Source of the DNA: Octopus bimaculoides
Lineage: Eukaryota
Direction: 5' to 3'
Length of the DNA stretch: 45,248 nt
Assembly: GCF_001194135.2 (NCBI RefSeq)
Contig: NC_069002.1
Coordinates: forward strand, 7,677,458-7,722,705
Shown: positions 10,613 through 25,616 of the stretch, piece by piece
Layout: each line of letters begins with the position of its first letter
How positions within the stretch are numbered: the first letter of the stretch is position 1
Translations under genes and position numbers: made by a program
The notes under the pieces: generated by a model
Told to the model about the DNA's origin: nothing
The model's input: the letters and a program-made list of their open reading frames with translations, nothing else
Database searches by the model: none

Positions 10613-13186
10613 ATTTATGAATATATATCTACATCAAATTTTCAAACACTCTTTGAAAATAGAAAATGAAGAAAAGAATTAAAAATAACTCACAATAAAA
10701 GAAGACTGCATATAAAGCAACAAACTTGGATGTGAGAAAACGCTTTTTTATCTGTACAATGAAATCTCTCCTTAAGAAAATAACAAAGGAAATTAAGAGA
10801 AGATGGATCAAATATGTTTCCACATTCTTCGAAACCAATGAAAATTACACAACTCTGGTACTATGGTCTTTTCAAAGAATTTGCAATGACAAAAAGACAT
10901 GGAGATCAGAATATAAGCAAAATATAAATGGACAGATTACTTGCAAGATATATATCAAATACTTTATCGAACTTCAAAGAGACCATTTAAAACGTTGCTG
11001 TTTCCAAAACGAAATGTCTTAAAACCTGCTCAGTGGTGTAATTGGTTGCACTCAAACAAAGTTTTGAATTAATCTTCTAAGTAGTCTTCCATGATTTTTT
11101 TTCTTCAAATTATATTTTGTTTTAATTGTCGTGTTCCATTGTCGATGAAGCTTTCATATATCATATATATATATTTTATAATATTAGAATGCAATTTCAG
11201 AGATATTTTGCTGCCGTTTCAGGTAAACCTGTTTTTCACTCATTGACTCAGGTTACGTAGGTTGGGGTGGCTTTCTACTATTTTTGTCATGTATATTGGA
11301 GAGGCTCTGCTATCATCTTTGCCAGCTTATTGAATAGCCAATTATATAACACAAATATTGTTTCTTATATAAACAGTTAGCCACAAATTGGATCTCAGAG
11401 AGATGGAGAAAGTAAGGGCGAGAATGAAAGAGAGAGAAGGAGAAGGGGAGGGGAATCGGGTAAATGAATGTGATGTTATGACATTGATGCTGATCCCAAG
11501 GGTCATTAAGTACACAAACAGAAATAAGAGAATCCGTGAGCAAAGAAAACGAAATCAGATCTGGGTCTGTGAAATGACGTCTAATTTCTCCAGATAAATA
11601 CTTCAACATTTTCTGATAAACTGAGAGAAAAAAGAAAAAGAGAGAGAGAAAAATGATAATGATAAAGATGATGATGATGACGATGATGATAATGATGATG
11701 ATGACGACAACAGCAGCAACATCACCAATAATAATATTCACACTGGTATAGCTAAACGAACATACCTACAAAGGCAAGAAGATTGACACACACACACACA
11801 CACACACACACATATGTCAAAAGGCACGACCGCAGACACCCATACAGAAAGACACACAACCTTACATACACACACAAATGCGCACGCACACAAACACGTA
11901 TATCTACATAATCTATCTGCAACTGGGGAGGTCCAATTGGTAACAAAATGATTGAGTTGTCTTTGAATACTCAATCTATTTTATATTAGGCCTCACGGGA
12001 GAGATAAATGCTGAGACACACACCAACACACAAATACTAACACGCACACATAGACGCACACATGCAAAACTGACGCGCACACATTCATATATTTACACAC
12101 GAGCGTGCTACTCGTAGATATAAAGATATAGATAAACAAATAGAGATAGAGAAATATATTTTTGTGTTGATGTATAACTGTGCATATATACATATATATC
12201 TGTATACAAAAATAAACGACACATACACACACACATATATATATATATATATACGCACATTTACATACATACACATATATATATATATATTTATATATAT
12301 ATANNNNNNNNNNNNNNNNNNNNNNNNNNNNNNNNNNNNNNNNNNNNNNNNNNNNNNNNNNNNNNNNNNNNNNNNNNNNNNNNNNNNNNNNNNNNNNNNN
12401 NNNNNNNNNNNNNNNNNNNNNNNNNNNNNNNNNNNNNNNNNNNNNNNNNNNNNNNNNNNNNNNNNNNNNNNNNNNNNNNNNNNNNNNNNNNNNNNNNNNN
12501 NNNNNNNNNNNNNNNNNNNNNNNNNNNNNNNNNNNNNNNNNNNNNNNNNNNNNNNNNNNNNNNNNNNNNNNNNNNNNNNNNNNNNNNNNNNNNNNNNNNN
12601 NNNNNNNNNNNNNNNNNNNNNNNNNNNNNNNNNNNNNNNNNNNNNNNNNNNNNNNNNNNNNNNNNNNNNNNNNNNNNNNNNNNNNNNNNNNNNNNNNNNN
12701 NNNNNNNNNNNNNNNNNNNNNNNNNNNNNNNNNNNNNNNNNNNNNNNNNNNNNNNNNNNNNNNNNNNNNNNNNNNNNNNNNNNNNNNNNNNNNNNNNNNN
12801 NNNNNNNNNNNNNNNNNNNNNNNNNNNNNNNNNNNNNNNNNNNNNNNNNNNNNNNNNNNNNNNNNNNNNNNNNNNNNNNNNNNNNNNNNNNNNNNNNNNN
12901 NNNNNNNNNNNNNNNNNNNNNNNNNNNNNNNNNNNNNNNNNNNNNNNNNNNNNNNNNNNNNNNNNNNNNNNNNNNNNNNNNNNNNNNNNNNNNNNNNNNN
13001 NNNNNNNNNNNNNNNNNNNNNNNNNNNNNNNNNNNNNNNNNNNNNNNNNNNNNNNNNNNNNNNNNNNNNNNNNNNNNNNNNNNNNNNNNNNNNNNNNNNN
13101 NNNNNNNNNNNNNNNNNNNNNNNNNNNNNNNNNNNNNNNNNNNNNNNNNNNNNNNNNNNNNNNNNNNNNNNNNNNNNNNNNNNNNN

Positions 13187-13217
<31 letters not shown>

Positions 13218-13295
13218 GTCTATCTGTCTACCTATCTGTCTACCTATCTGTCTGTCTTATCTGTCTATGTGTATGTATATATGTCTGTCTGTTTG

Positions 13296-13368
<73 letters not shown>

Positions 13369-13522
13369 CTATCTATTTATCTATCTATCGATCTATCTAT
13401 CTATCTATCTATCTATGCATTAGTAAATGTGTGAGTAGATGTATGTATGCGTTTGTGTGGCGTTCGTGTTATTTGCGTTCTTGTATGTGTGTTTGTGTAT
13501 GCTTGTGTATGCCTGTGCCTGC

Positions 13523-13563
<41 letters not shown>

Positions 13564-13980
13564 CGTGCGTGTGTGTACAAAGGCGCACAGCTTGAATACG
13601 ACTGCGAAGCAACTGTTGATAAAACAGAAAGAATATTTAAACAATTATAGAACAGTGTGTGTTTAGAAACTGAGATAGAGAAAGTCACTGGAGGGAAATT
13701 ACTAGGAGATGCAAACTGGGTGGTGGGTTTTGATGATGCTGGCTGGGGAGGGGGGGTTGAAAGATAGCAGAGCGTATGGAGCTATGTGTGGCAGTGTTGG
13801 TGGTGGATGTGGTAGTGGTGATGGTGGAGGTGGTAGCGGTAGCGCAAAAATACGAAATATGAAATTGCGTCTAGAGCGACTATGATATTATATGCAGACC
13901 GATCTACATGAAGTCTCTCACTTACAATTTATATGTGAACGTACACTCATCCTGCTACTTATATCCAAATGTTTAAATAG

Positions 13981-14017
<37 letters not shown>

Positions 14018-14029
14018 ATATATGCGTGT

Positions 14030-14068
<39 letters not shown>

Positions 14069-14107
14069 GTATATGCTTTATGTGTGTATGCGTGTGTTCT
14101 TTTAATT

Positions 14108-14662
14108 TTTTTTACTCTTTTACTTGTTTCAGTCGTTTGAGTGCGGCCATGCTGGAGCACCGCCTTTAGTCGAGCAAATCAAACCCCGGGACTTGTTCTT
14201 TTGGAAGCACTAGTACTTATTCTATCGGTCTCTTTTGCCGAACCGCTAAGTTACGGGTCGTAAACACACCAGCATCGGTTGTCAAGCGATGTTGGTGGGG
14301 GGGGNNNNNNNNNNNNNNNNNNNNNNNNNNNNNNNNNNNNNNNNNNNNNNNNNNNNNNNNNNNNNNNNNNNNNNNNNNNNNNNNNNNNNNNNNNNNNNNN
14401 NNNNNNNNNNNNNNNNNNNNNNNNNNNNNNNNNNNNNNNNNNNNNNNNNNNNNNNNNNNNNNNNNNNNNNNATATATATATATATATATATACATATATA
14501 CGACGGGCTTCTTTCAGTTTCCGTCTACCAAATCCACTCACAAGGCTTTGGTCGGCCCGAGGCTATAGTAGAAGACACTTGCCCAAGGTGCCACGTACTG
14601 AGAATGAACCCGGAACCATGTGGTTGGTAAGCAAGCTATTTACCACAAAGCCACTCTTGCAC
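14108..14662 (-). mobile_element. SINE family B, best full-length copy (internal microsatellite falls in gap 14305-14470)
   Basis: tRNA-like head (A-box-like TGGCTTTGTGG, B-box-like GGTTCATTC), body, internal (TA)n, core CCGATAGAATAAGTACTAG, tail CAGCATGGCCGCACTCAAACGACTGAAACAAGTAAAAGAGT. Confidence 0.95.
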
Positions 14663-15201
14663 CTATATATATATGTTTTTTGTCTGTCTTGTGTGTGTGT
14701 GGGTGTATGTCTATGCGAGTGTATTGTCTGCATGGCTGTGTATGTGTGTGAATGTTTGTAAATGTGCGAGTGTATATGTGTGTTTGAGTGTGTGTGTGAT
14801 TTGTATGCATAAACACGTTGAGATACATGGATGCATGCGTATGTATTATATGTTGGCATACATGTACGAGCATGTGTAAATATTTTCCTTTACTCAGCGT
14901 CTATTTACCCATCTCTCTTTCCCTCTCTGGGTCTTGTTTCAACTTTAATTAGTTAACGTACGAAGCCATCTACGTATCATACCTCATGCATATACAGCGT
15001 TGAAAGGCCAGTTACTGCATTATCCGTCCTGAGATAACACATCTTGTCGACATGTTATGTTAAAAAATAATAAATATCAAGAAGACACAGAAAATCCCTC
15101 CAGCAGTGGCCAGCTAGACGCATTTCGCATTGCTTGAGTTCTTCTAATGACACGGCCCTTATGAGGAGGTATGTGTCGAGAAAATAACTTCACTCTTTTT
15201 A

Positions 15202-15565
15202 CTTTACGTCTTTTTTTCTGAGTTCAAATCCCACCGATGTCTACTTGCCTTCCATCCTTGAAGGTCAATAAAGTAAGTACCAGTTGTAATCGACTTATCC
15301 CTTCCCCTACAGTTGCTAGCCTGATACCAATATCAGGAATAATCAAAGGCGGTGAGCTGGCCGAAACGTTAGCACGTCGGGCGAAATGCTTAGCGGTATT
15401 TCGTCCATCTTTACGTTCTGAGTTCAAATTTCGCCGAGGTCGACTTTGCCTTTAATCTTTTCGAGATCGATAAAATAAGTACCAGTTGGGCACTAATGCT
15501 TCATTTCATGGACTTATTCCCTCCGCCGAAATTGCTGGCCTTGTGTTAAAAGTTGAAACCAATTA
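15202..15565 (+). mobile_element. Two head-to-tail SINE family A copies (5'-truncated 15202-15345; full 15348-15565)
   Basis: Second copy starts GGCGGTGAGCTGGCCGAAACGTTAGCACGTCGGGCGAAATGCTTAGCGGTATTTCG; both carry TTCTGAGTTCAAAT and AATAAGTACCAG/AAGTAAGTACCAG. Confidence 0.9.
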
Positions 15566-15817
15566 CATGTGCCACTTATCGTGACAATTCAATGAGGGAG
15601 AAGGAGTAGATTGACCGGGAAAATTTCCCTGATTTCCCAGCTACTGACCCTGTCGAGTAACGTTACTCTAGAGAACCTTTCGAAGAGCCCCATTTCGCGT
15701 TTGTAATCTTTCGGCCATTTGTGTTATCGCGTTTGTAATCTTTCGGCCATTACCCAACGTTTATGAGTGTTGATTCGTGTAGTATAAGTTCAATTTCAAT
15801 ATCTATTCATCCATTGT

Positions 15818-15900
15818 AACCAGCTGGGCACTGGGGTCGATATAATCGACTTAACCACCGCCCAATTTACTGCCCTTGTCCCAAAATTTGAAACCGATAA
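15818..15900 (+). mobile_element. SINE family A 3' fragment
   Basis: CCAGCTGGGCACTGGGGTCGATATAATCGACTTA..CCCTTGTCCCAAAATTTGAAACC. Confidence 0.85.
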
Positions 15901-16045
15901 CTATTTCTCCATTTGCTCTCCAACTCGTCCTCTTCGGATTCCTTTTCCTTTCATAGAATTTGCTGGTAATTTTAAAACCCAAACATTATTTGACATCAAT
16001 CAGTACCACTTCTGTCATTTCTTTCACCCGTTTCGATATTCCAAT

Positions 16046-16201
16046 TTAATTTTCATGGTTATAAGATTCTGGCTCCACCTCGCCATTAAGATCGTCCATG
16101 ATTTTTTTTGTGAGTTGTAGCGTCATCTGGTTTTGCAATTCACTTATTTTTACTTCATTTGTGCCATCGATTCCTTCATCTGGATAACTGGATGTTACTG
16201 C
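16046..16201 (-). CDS. Candidate terminal coding exon of an unidentified gene (AVTSSYPDEGIDGTNEVKISELQNQMTLQLTKKIMDDLNGEVEPESYNHEN*)
   Basis: Acceptor TGTACAG|GCA after a (TG)n tract; 51 open codons with protein-like acidic composition; other two frames close within 9 codons. No family recognised. Confidence 0.4.
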   Translation of the reverse strand, partial: AVTSSYPDEGIDGTNEVKISELQNQMTLQLTKKIMDDLNGEVEPESYNHEN

Positions 16202-16417
16202 CTGTACACATACGCACACACACACACACAGAATTACACACACACACACAGAATTACACACACACACACACACACACACAGAATTACACGCACACACAGA
16301 TACACAAACACAGATATGCGTAGGCACACACTAGCAAATTATATGTATACGTGCACGTATATGCTGCATGCCTATATATATTAGTAAATATTAAATTTCA
16401 TTAACAACATCCTACTG

Positions 16418-16474
<57 letters not shown>

Positions 16475-16555
16475 AACTTACATATCTATACATAAAAGTT
16501 TATATAAACATTTATACAGTTATATACAGGTACAGATTGATACCCATTCATACAT

Positions 16556-16607
<52 letters not shown>

Positions 16608-16886
16608 NNNNNNNNNNNNNNNNNNNNNNNNNNNNNNNNNNNNNNNNNNNNNNNNNNNNNNNNNNNNNNNNNNNNNNNNNNNNNNNNNNNNNNNNNNNNN
16701 NNNNNNNNNNNNNNNNNNNNNNNNNNNNNNNNNNNNNNNNNNNNNNNNNNNNNNNNNNNNNNNNNNNNNNNNNNNNNNNNNNNNNNNNNNNNNNNNNNNN
16801 NNNNNNNNNNNNNNNNNNNNNNNNNNNNNNNNNNNNNNNNNNNNNNNNNNNNNNNNNNNNNNNNNNNNNNNNNNNNNNNNNNNNNN

Positions 16887-16928
<42 letters not shown>

Positions 16929-17346
16929 GGACTCATCTACTTACACAAACACATTCGACCGTCTTCAGCGAACTTTTCTAACACTACGATATTTCACACA
17001 CGCTGTAATTGTTTATGTTTTGCAAACGCATGAGTTGTAATAACAACAACCATTTAGGGTGGAGCTTAACCGCTTAAATGGTCAATATTTGGTGGTTTTC
17101 CTTCAAGGTATTCACACGTTAAAGACTCCAGAGTGTTTGGATTGCCATCCCTACATGTGATGTCTTCACGTAAGCTTATTTGGATTGGTACGCTCTATAT
17201 AACAAACATAGCCCAATCTAAACATTCACGTTCAGCCATCTATAGCCGAACGTATTCCCACGTCACTTCTACGCAGCTAATGTATGTCTACACCACATTG
17301 TATACACACATACACATATATCCATATATACATATATATGCACACG

Positions 17347-17379
<33 letters not shown>

Positions 17380-17465
17380 GTATATGCACACACACACGTA
17401 TATATATATTTACATATGTACATACATACATACATACATATAACAATAGCCCTGCTGTGTGTGTA

Positions 17466-17518
<53 letters not shown>

Positions 17519-17536
17519 ATAACTATATTATTATCA

Positions 17537-18050
17537 TGTCTGAGCCTCTAGGGCGATGAGGATGCAGAATTGATAACACACCGGACAAGATGCTAAGAGA
17601 TATTTCGTCTGTTCTTACGTGTTGTGAGTTCAAATACGGATGAGGTCGACTATACGTTTCATCCTTCCAGGGTCGATAAATTAAGTTATCAGTTGAACAG
17701 GAGGATCGATATCATCGATTTATCCCCACTCACGAAATTGCAGGCGTTGTGCAACACCTTAAAAACCATTATTATGTCTGAGACCTTACGGAGGTGAGCT
17801 GGTAGAATTAGTTGCACGCCGGACAAAAATGCTTACTACTATTTCGTCCGTCTTTACTATCTGAGCTCACATGCTGCCGAGGTCAAATTTGCCTTTCATC
17901 CTTTCGGGGTCGATAAATTCAGTACCAGTTACATACTGGTTCAATGTAATCGAAACCTCTGTACGCAAAATTGCTGACTTTGTGTGTGCCAAACTTGGAA
18001 ACCATTCTTACATCTGAGCATTTTAAGGCGGCGAACTTGCAGAATCGATC
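17537..18050 (+). mobile_element. Tandem array of SINE family A units (two full units plus a third head; period 236-238 bp)
   Basis: Linker TCTGAG within 17537-17544, 17775-17782 and 18011-18018, each followed by a GG(C/A)GG(C/T)GA-type head (first one degenerate); cores GGGTCGATAAATT in units 1 and 2. Confidence 0.85.
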
Positions 18051-18053
18051 AAA

Positions 18054-21190
<3,137 letters not shown>

Positions 21191-21615
21191 ATGGCAATAT
21201 ACATGTCATAGATTAAGCTGATGTCTAAGATATATCTAATCTCTGCCTTCCTTAACGCTCCTTTCTACAATATCATCAAGGTAGTTCCATTCCCCCAACT
21301 CTCTGCATTGGCCGTCTCGCTTCTCTGATACTATCTAGTACAATATACACACAGACACATACACACAAACACACAAATAAAACATGCACACACAACTACA
21401 CATAAACAGACATTCATAAACACTCACTTTCACACACGTGTATATATATATATGTATGTATATTTGATATTTGATAAGAAAAAACATAGCCATTAAGCTT
21501 GTCTTTTATCAGAAACGCTGCTTCAGAATAGTATTTTACCTATTAAAATCATTATAGCAACGGCCCACGTAGATTGTACTGATATAACTTTACCTGCGTT
21601 TAAATATATATGTGT

Positions 21616-21647
<32 letters not shown>

Positions 21648-22321
21648 TTGTGTGCNNNNNNNNNNTATATATGTATCACAAGAATAAGAATGGAGAAAAT
21701 CACATCTTTAATTGCTGATTACGCCATACATTACTGACGATCCTTTCACATGCCAGCTTATTTAGATAGAGAAAAAGGTATAAAATACCATTCAAATGAG
21801 TATATCCGAAAATGTGCGTTAACACAACGTTATCAAGCCAATCCAAATTGGGTTAAATTCAAAGTGAACTAAGAAAATATCTCTAATAGACGAATGCATA
21901 TAAATGGAACGTTAAGAAGAAATAAGTATAATATTCTAAGAAGATCCAGTTTAGTATTTAACTATTGATGACGTTAGGAGATGGTGAAAGAACAACCATC
22001 TAAATAGGAATTTTACGTCAGAACAGTTAGAGACCTAGAAAATCTCCCTCACGACAATTTGTTATCTATCTATTAAATATGCAAACAAAACAATCTCAGA
22101 AGATATATGTATATTAGAATATAGGAAAGGCATTATAGTTAATCTGTTATTTAGGACTGAAAAATTAGATTCCTTCGATATTTAGGAGAACATTTCAATG
22201 TAAAATTTCTTTTACCATTTAGTAATGCTAATTTAGACGTAATTATATAACACATTTCTTCAAGGCAGTGACCATATTCAAAATTACGATAAAGCACAAC
22301 TGATAATGGATCAATTTAAAT

Positions 22322-22363
22322 CATGGCCGCAGTGAAATGACTGAAACAAATAGAAGAATAAAA

Positions 22364-22368
<5 letters not shown>
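22322..22368 (+). mobile_element. SINE family B extreme 3' tail
   Basis: CATGGCCGCAGTGAAATGACTGAAACAAATAGAAGAATAAAAGAATA. Confidence 0.8.
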
Positions 22369-22404
<36 letters not shown>

Positions 22405-23159
22405 NNNNNNNNNNNNNNNNNNNNNNNNNNNNNNNNNNNNNNNNNNNNNNNNNNNNNNNNNNNNNNNNNNNNNNNNNNNNNNNNNNNNNNNNNNNNNNNN
22501 NNNNNNNNNNNNNNNNNNNNNNNNNNNNNNNNNNNNNNNNNNNNNNNNNNNNNNNNNNNNNNNNNNNNNNNNNNNNNNNNNNNNNNNNNNNNNNNNNNNN
22601 NNNNNNNNNNNNNNNNNNNNNNNNNNNNNNNNNNNNNNNNNNNNNNNNNNNNNNNNNNNNNNNNNNNNNNNNNNNNNNNNNNNNNNNNNNNNNNNNNNNN
22701 NNNNNNNNNNNNNNNNNNNNNNNNNNNNNNNNNNNNNNNNNNNNNNNNNNNNNNNNNNNNNNNNNNNNNNNNNNNNNNNNNNNNNNNNNNNNNNNNNNNN
22801 NNNNNNNNNNNNNNNNNNNNNNNNNNNNNNNNNNNNNNNNNNNNNNNNNNNNNNNNNNNNNNNNNNNNNNNNNNNNNNNNNNNNNNNNNNNNNNNNNNNN
22901 NNNNNNNNNNNNNNNNNNNNNNNNNNNNNNNNNNNNNNNNNNNNNNNNNNNNNNNNNNNNNNNNNNNNNNNNNNNNNNNNNNNNNNNNNNNNNNNNNNNN
23001 NNNNNNNNNNNNNNNNNNNNNNNNTATATATGCATATATATATATATGCATGTATGTATTATATATGTGTGTATACATATATTTCTGTTTATTTATATAT
23101 ATGCGCATATACAGAGAATGAGAGAGAGATTGAGAGAGAGAGAGATAGACAGACAGACT

Positions 23160-23193
<34 letters not shown>

Positions 23194-23677
23194 AGAGAAA
23201 GATGAAAGCAACAAAGTGCTAATCGGAGTACGTAACATATGAAACTAAAGTTACGGTGAAACTTTGAACTCTCCAATATCGACAATAAAACTCGTCCACA
23301 AATATATCGAGTGCTTTCTTTCATAGAATTAGTCAGGCCCGGAACACCGTGTAAACGATACATACATTACACGTGTTTCTATACAAGCGTTTATATATAT
23401 ACACATGTACATAAGGAATATACACATACACACAAACAGACAGTTATATATACACATAAATCGCACATATAAGTATATGTATAAATGTATACATGCGTGT
23501 GTGTGTGTGTGTGTTTGAATGTTGGTTTCTGTAAAGATTGGTGCGATAACAGTAAAAAGGAAATATAGAGTAATGCTAAACACATTAATTTTTGTTTAAC
23601 CGTCACGGACGATGTAATAATACGACCTTGCATGACCTACTCTCTCGCTTGCTTTCTCTCCCACTTTAAACATACAT

Positions 23678-23720
<43 letters not shown>

Positions 23721-24331
23721 NNNNNNNNNNNNNNNNNNNNNNNNNNNNNNNNNNNNNNNNNNNNNNNNNNNNNNNNNNNNNNNNNNNNNNNNNNNNNNNN
23801 NNNNNNNNNNNNNNNNNNNNNNNNNNNNNNNNNNNNNNNNNNNNNNNNNNNNNNNNNNNNNNNNNNNNNNNNNNNNNNNNNNNNNNNNNNNNNNNNNNNN
23901 NNNNNNNNNNNNNNNNNNNNNNNNNNNNNNNNNNNNNNNNNNNNNNNNNNNNNNNNNNNNNNNNNNNNNNNNNNNNNNNNNNNNNNNNNNNNNNNNNNNN
24001 NNNNNNNNNNNNNNNNNNNNNNNNNNNNNNNNNNNNNNNNNNNNNNNNNNNNNNNNNNNNNNNNNNNNNNNNNNNNNNNNNNNNNNNNNNNNNNNNNNNN
24101 NNNNNNNNNNNNNNNNNNNNNNNNNNNNNNNNNNNNNNNNNNNNNNNNNNNNNNNNNNNNNNNNNNNNNNNNNNNNNNNNNNNNNNNNNNNNNNNNNNNN
24201 NNNNNNNNNNNNNNNNNNNNNNNNNNNNNNNNNNNNNNNNNNNNNNNNNNNNNNNNNNNNNNNNNNNNNNNNNNNNNNNNNNNNNNNNNNNNNNNNNNNN
24301 NNNNNNNNNNNNNNNNNNNNNNNNNNNNNNN

Positions 24332-24387
<56 letters not shown>

Positions 24388-25092
24388 CGTGTGTGTGTGT
24401 ATATGTACATAAATATATATATTGTGTGCGCGTATATGTAAATATATGTATACGCTGAAGAATACACTCATGTTCTTCTATTCAATGCAAGAAATAGAAG
24501 CCTCTCTTTGTCATGTGACATAAATGCCATTTTGGAAATCAGCAATGAAATTAGAACTGCATTTCCTTACCAACCATCAATTTGTGGCTATTTTCAAAAG
24601 TTCATGAGAAGAGTCATCTTATCCGCATAATTAGTCAGAATGCATCGCGACCTTCCCGCTGTCGGTATAAACGTAACGCGATCAAACCTTCGTTGCAAAG
24701 CTCGATATTTGCAATGTCAGAACTAAAGCGAGTGCTCTTACACGCGTGAGAACTAAAACTATTTAATGAGCTCAGCTAGGAGAAGATACACGCAGAAAGC
24801 CAAAATCAAAATTGGTTTCCTGTCATTACAGAAAGGTTGCGCAGCATTCGATCGTAGGTAAAAGCAAGTGGTCGCATCGCAGTGCATTGTCCGACTCTTT
24901 TATGGTGCTGACCTTCGAGTTTCCGTACACCTAGTGCAGAGGAGCTCATTGTATGCCTGCCTAGTTTGCACACGCAAATTCACAGGTAAAAAATGTATTT
25001 TAGAAAAAATAAATAAATTCATGAATGGATGTTGTTTTCGCAGCGATAATGCTCTTCTCAGTACATGACTCGTTCCAGTTAACACGATTATC

Positions 25093-25125
<33 letters not shown>

Positions 25126-25140
25126 ATTATTATCATTATT

Positions 25141-25460
25141 GAAGTCGTCACACAATACCCAATATTATAATGTCGTAGATTGAAGGTATTTTGTGTACCG
25201 GGAGTTTGTACTATCTGTTAAGACACAAAGACCTCAGATAGACAGTATTTAGATAGAAATAGATAGCAATATTCTTGCATTTCGAAGTGAAGCCAATTTT
25301 TGCAATACACCAAGACTGTAGGGTATTTCTAAAGTTTCCAGATGTTTCTTCGGGTTGGGTAGTATTGAACCCAATGCTCCGATGACAACAAGGACAACCT
25401 TTATGTTTGACTCTCGTAGCTGCCACATCTTGGCGATCTCAATTCTCAGGTCTCCATATA
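25141..25460 (-). mobile_element. 5'-truncated non-LTR retrotransposon 3' end, RLE-type (R4/Dong-like)
   Basis: Minus-strand translation YGDLRIEIAKMWQLRESNIKVVLVVIGALGSILPNPKKHLETLEIPYSLGVLQKLASLRNARIL matches the C-terminal Y.DL..E...W....V.P.VIGALG....LQK..L.....IL motif of RLE domains; putative 3'UTR then (TAA)n. Confidence 0.8.
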
Positions 25461-25517
25461 TATCAATATAATAATAATAATTATTATTATTATTACTATT
25501 ATTATTATTATTATTAT

Positions 25518-25566
<49 letters not shown>

Positions 25567-25578
25567 TGTTGTTGTAGT

Positions 25579-25616
<38 letters not shown>

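Noticed and set aside
11200-11228. Apparent 22-nt microexon TTTCAG|AGATATTTTGCTGCCGTTTCAG|GTAAAC
   Set aside because: Resembles a remembered octopus repeat end (GAGATTT.GCTGCTATTTC); splice-like motifs alone are insufficient.
15104-15168. Possible plus-strand exon ending GAG|GTATGT
   Set aside because: Good donor but poor acceptor context, and an unrecognisable short peptide.
17775-17815. Hammerhead reading of linker TCTGAGA plus SINE-A head GAAACGTT
   Set aside because: The core lacks one base (CUGAGA), helices I and II do not pair, and GAAACGTT is part of the A-box region.
17537-18050. CRISPR-like or other prokaryotic array
   Set aside because: Eukaryotic context; the periodic units are SINE copies, with no repeat-spacer structure or cas genes.
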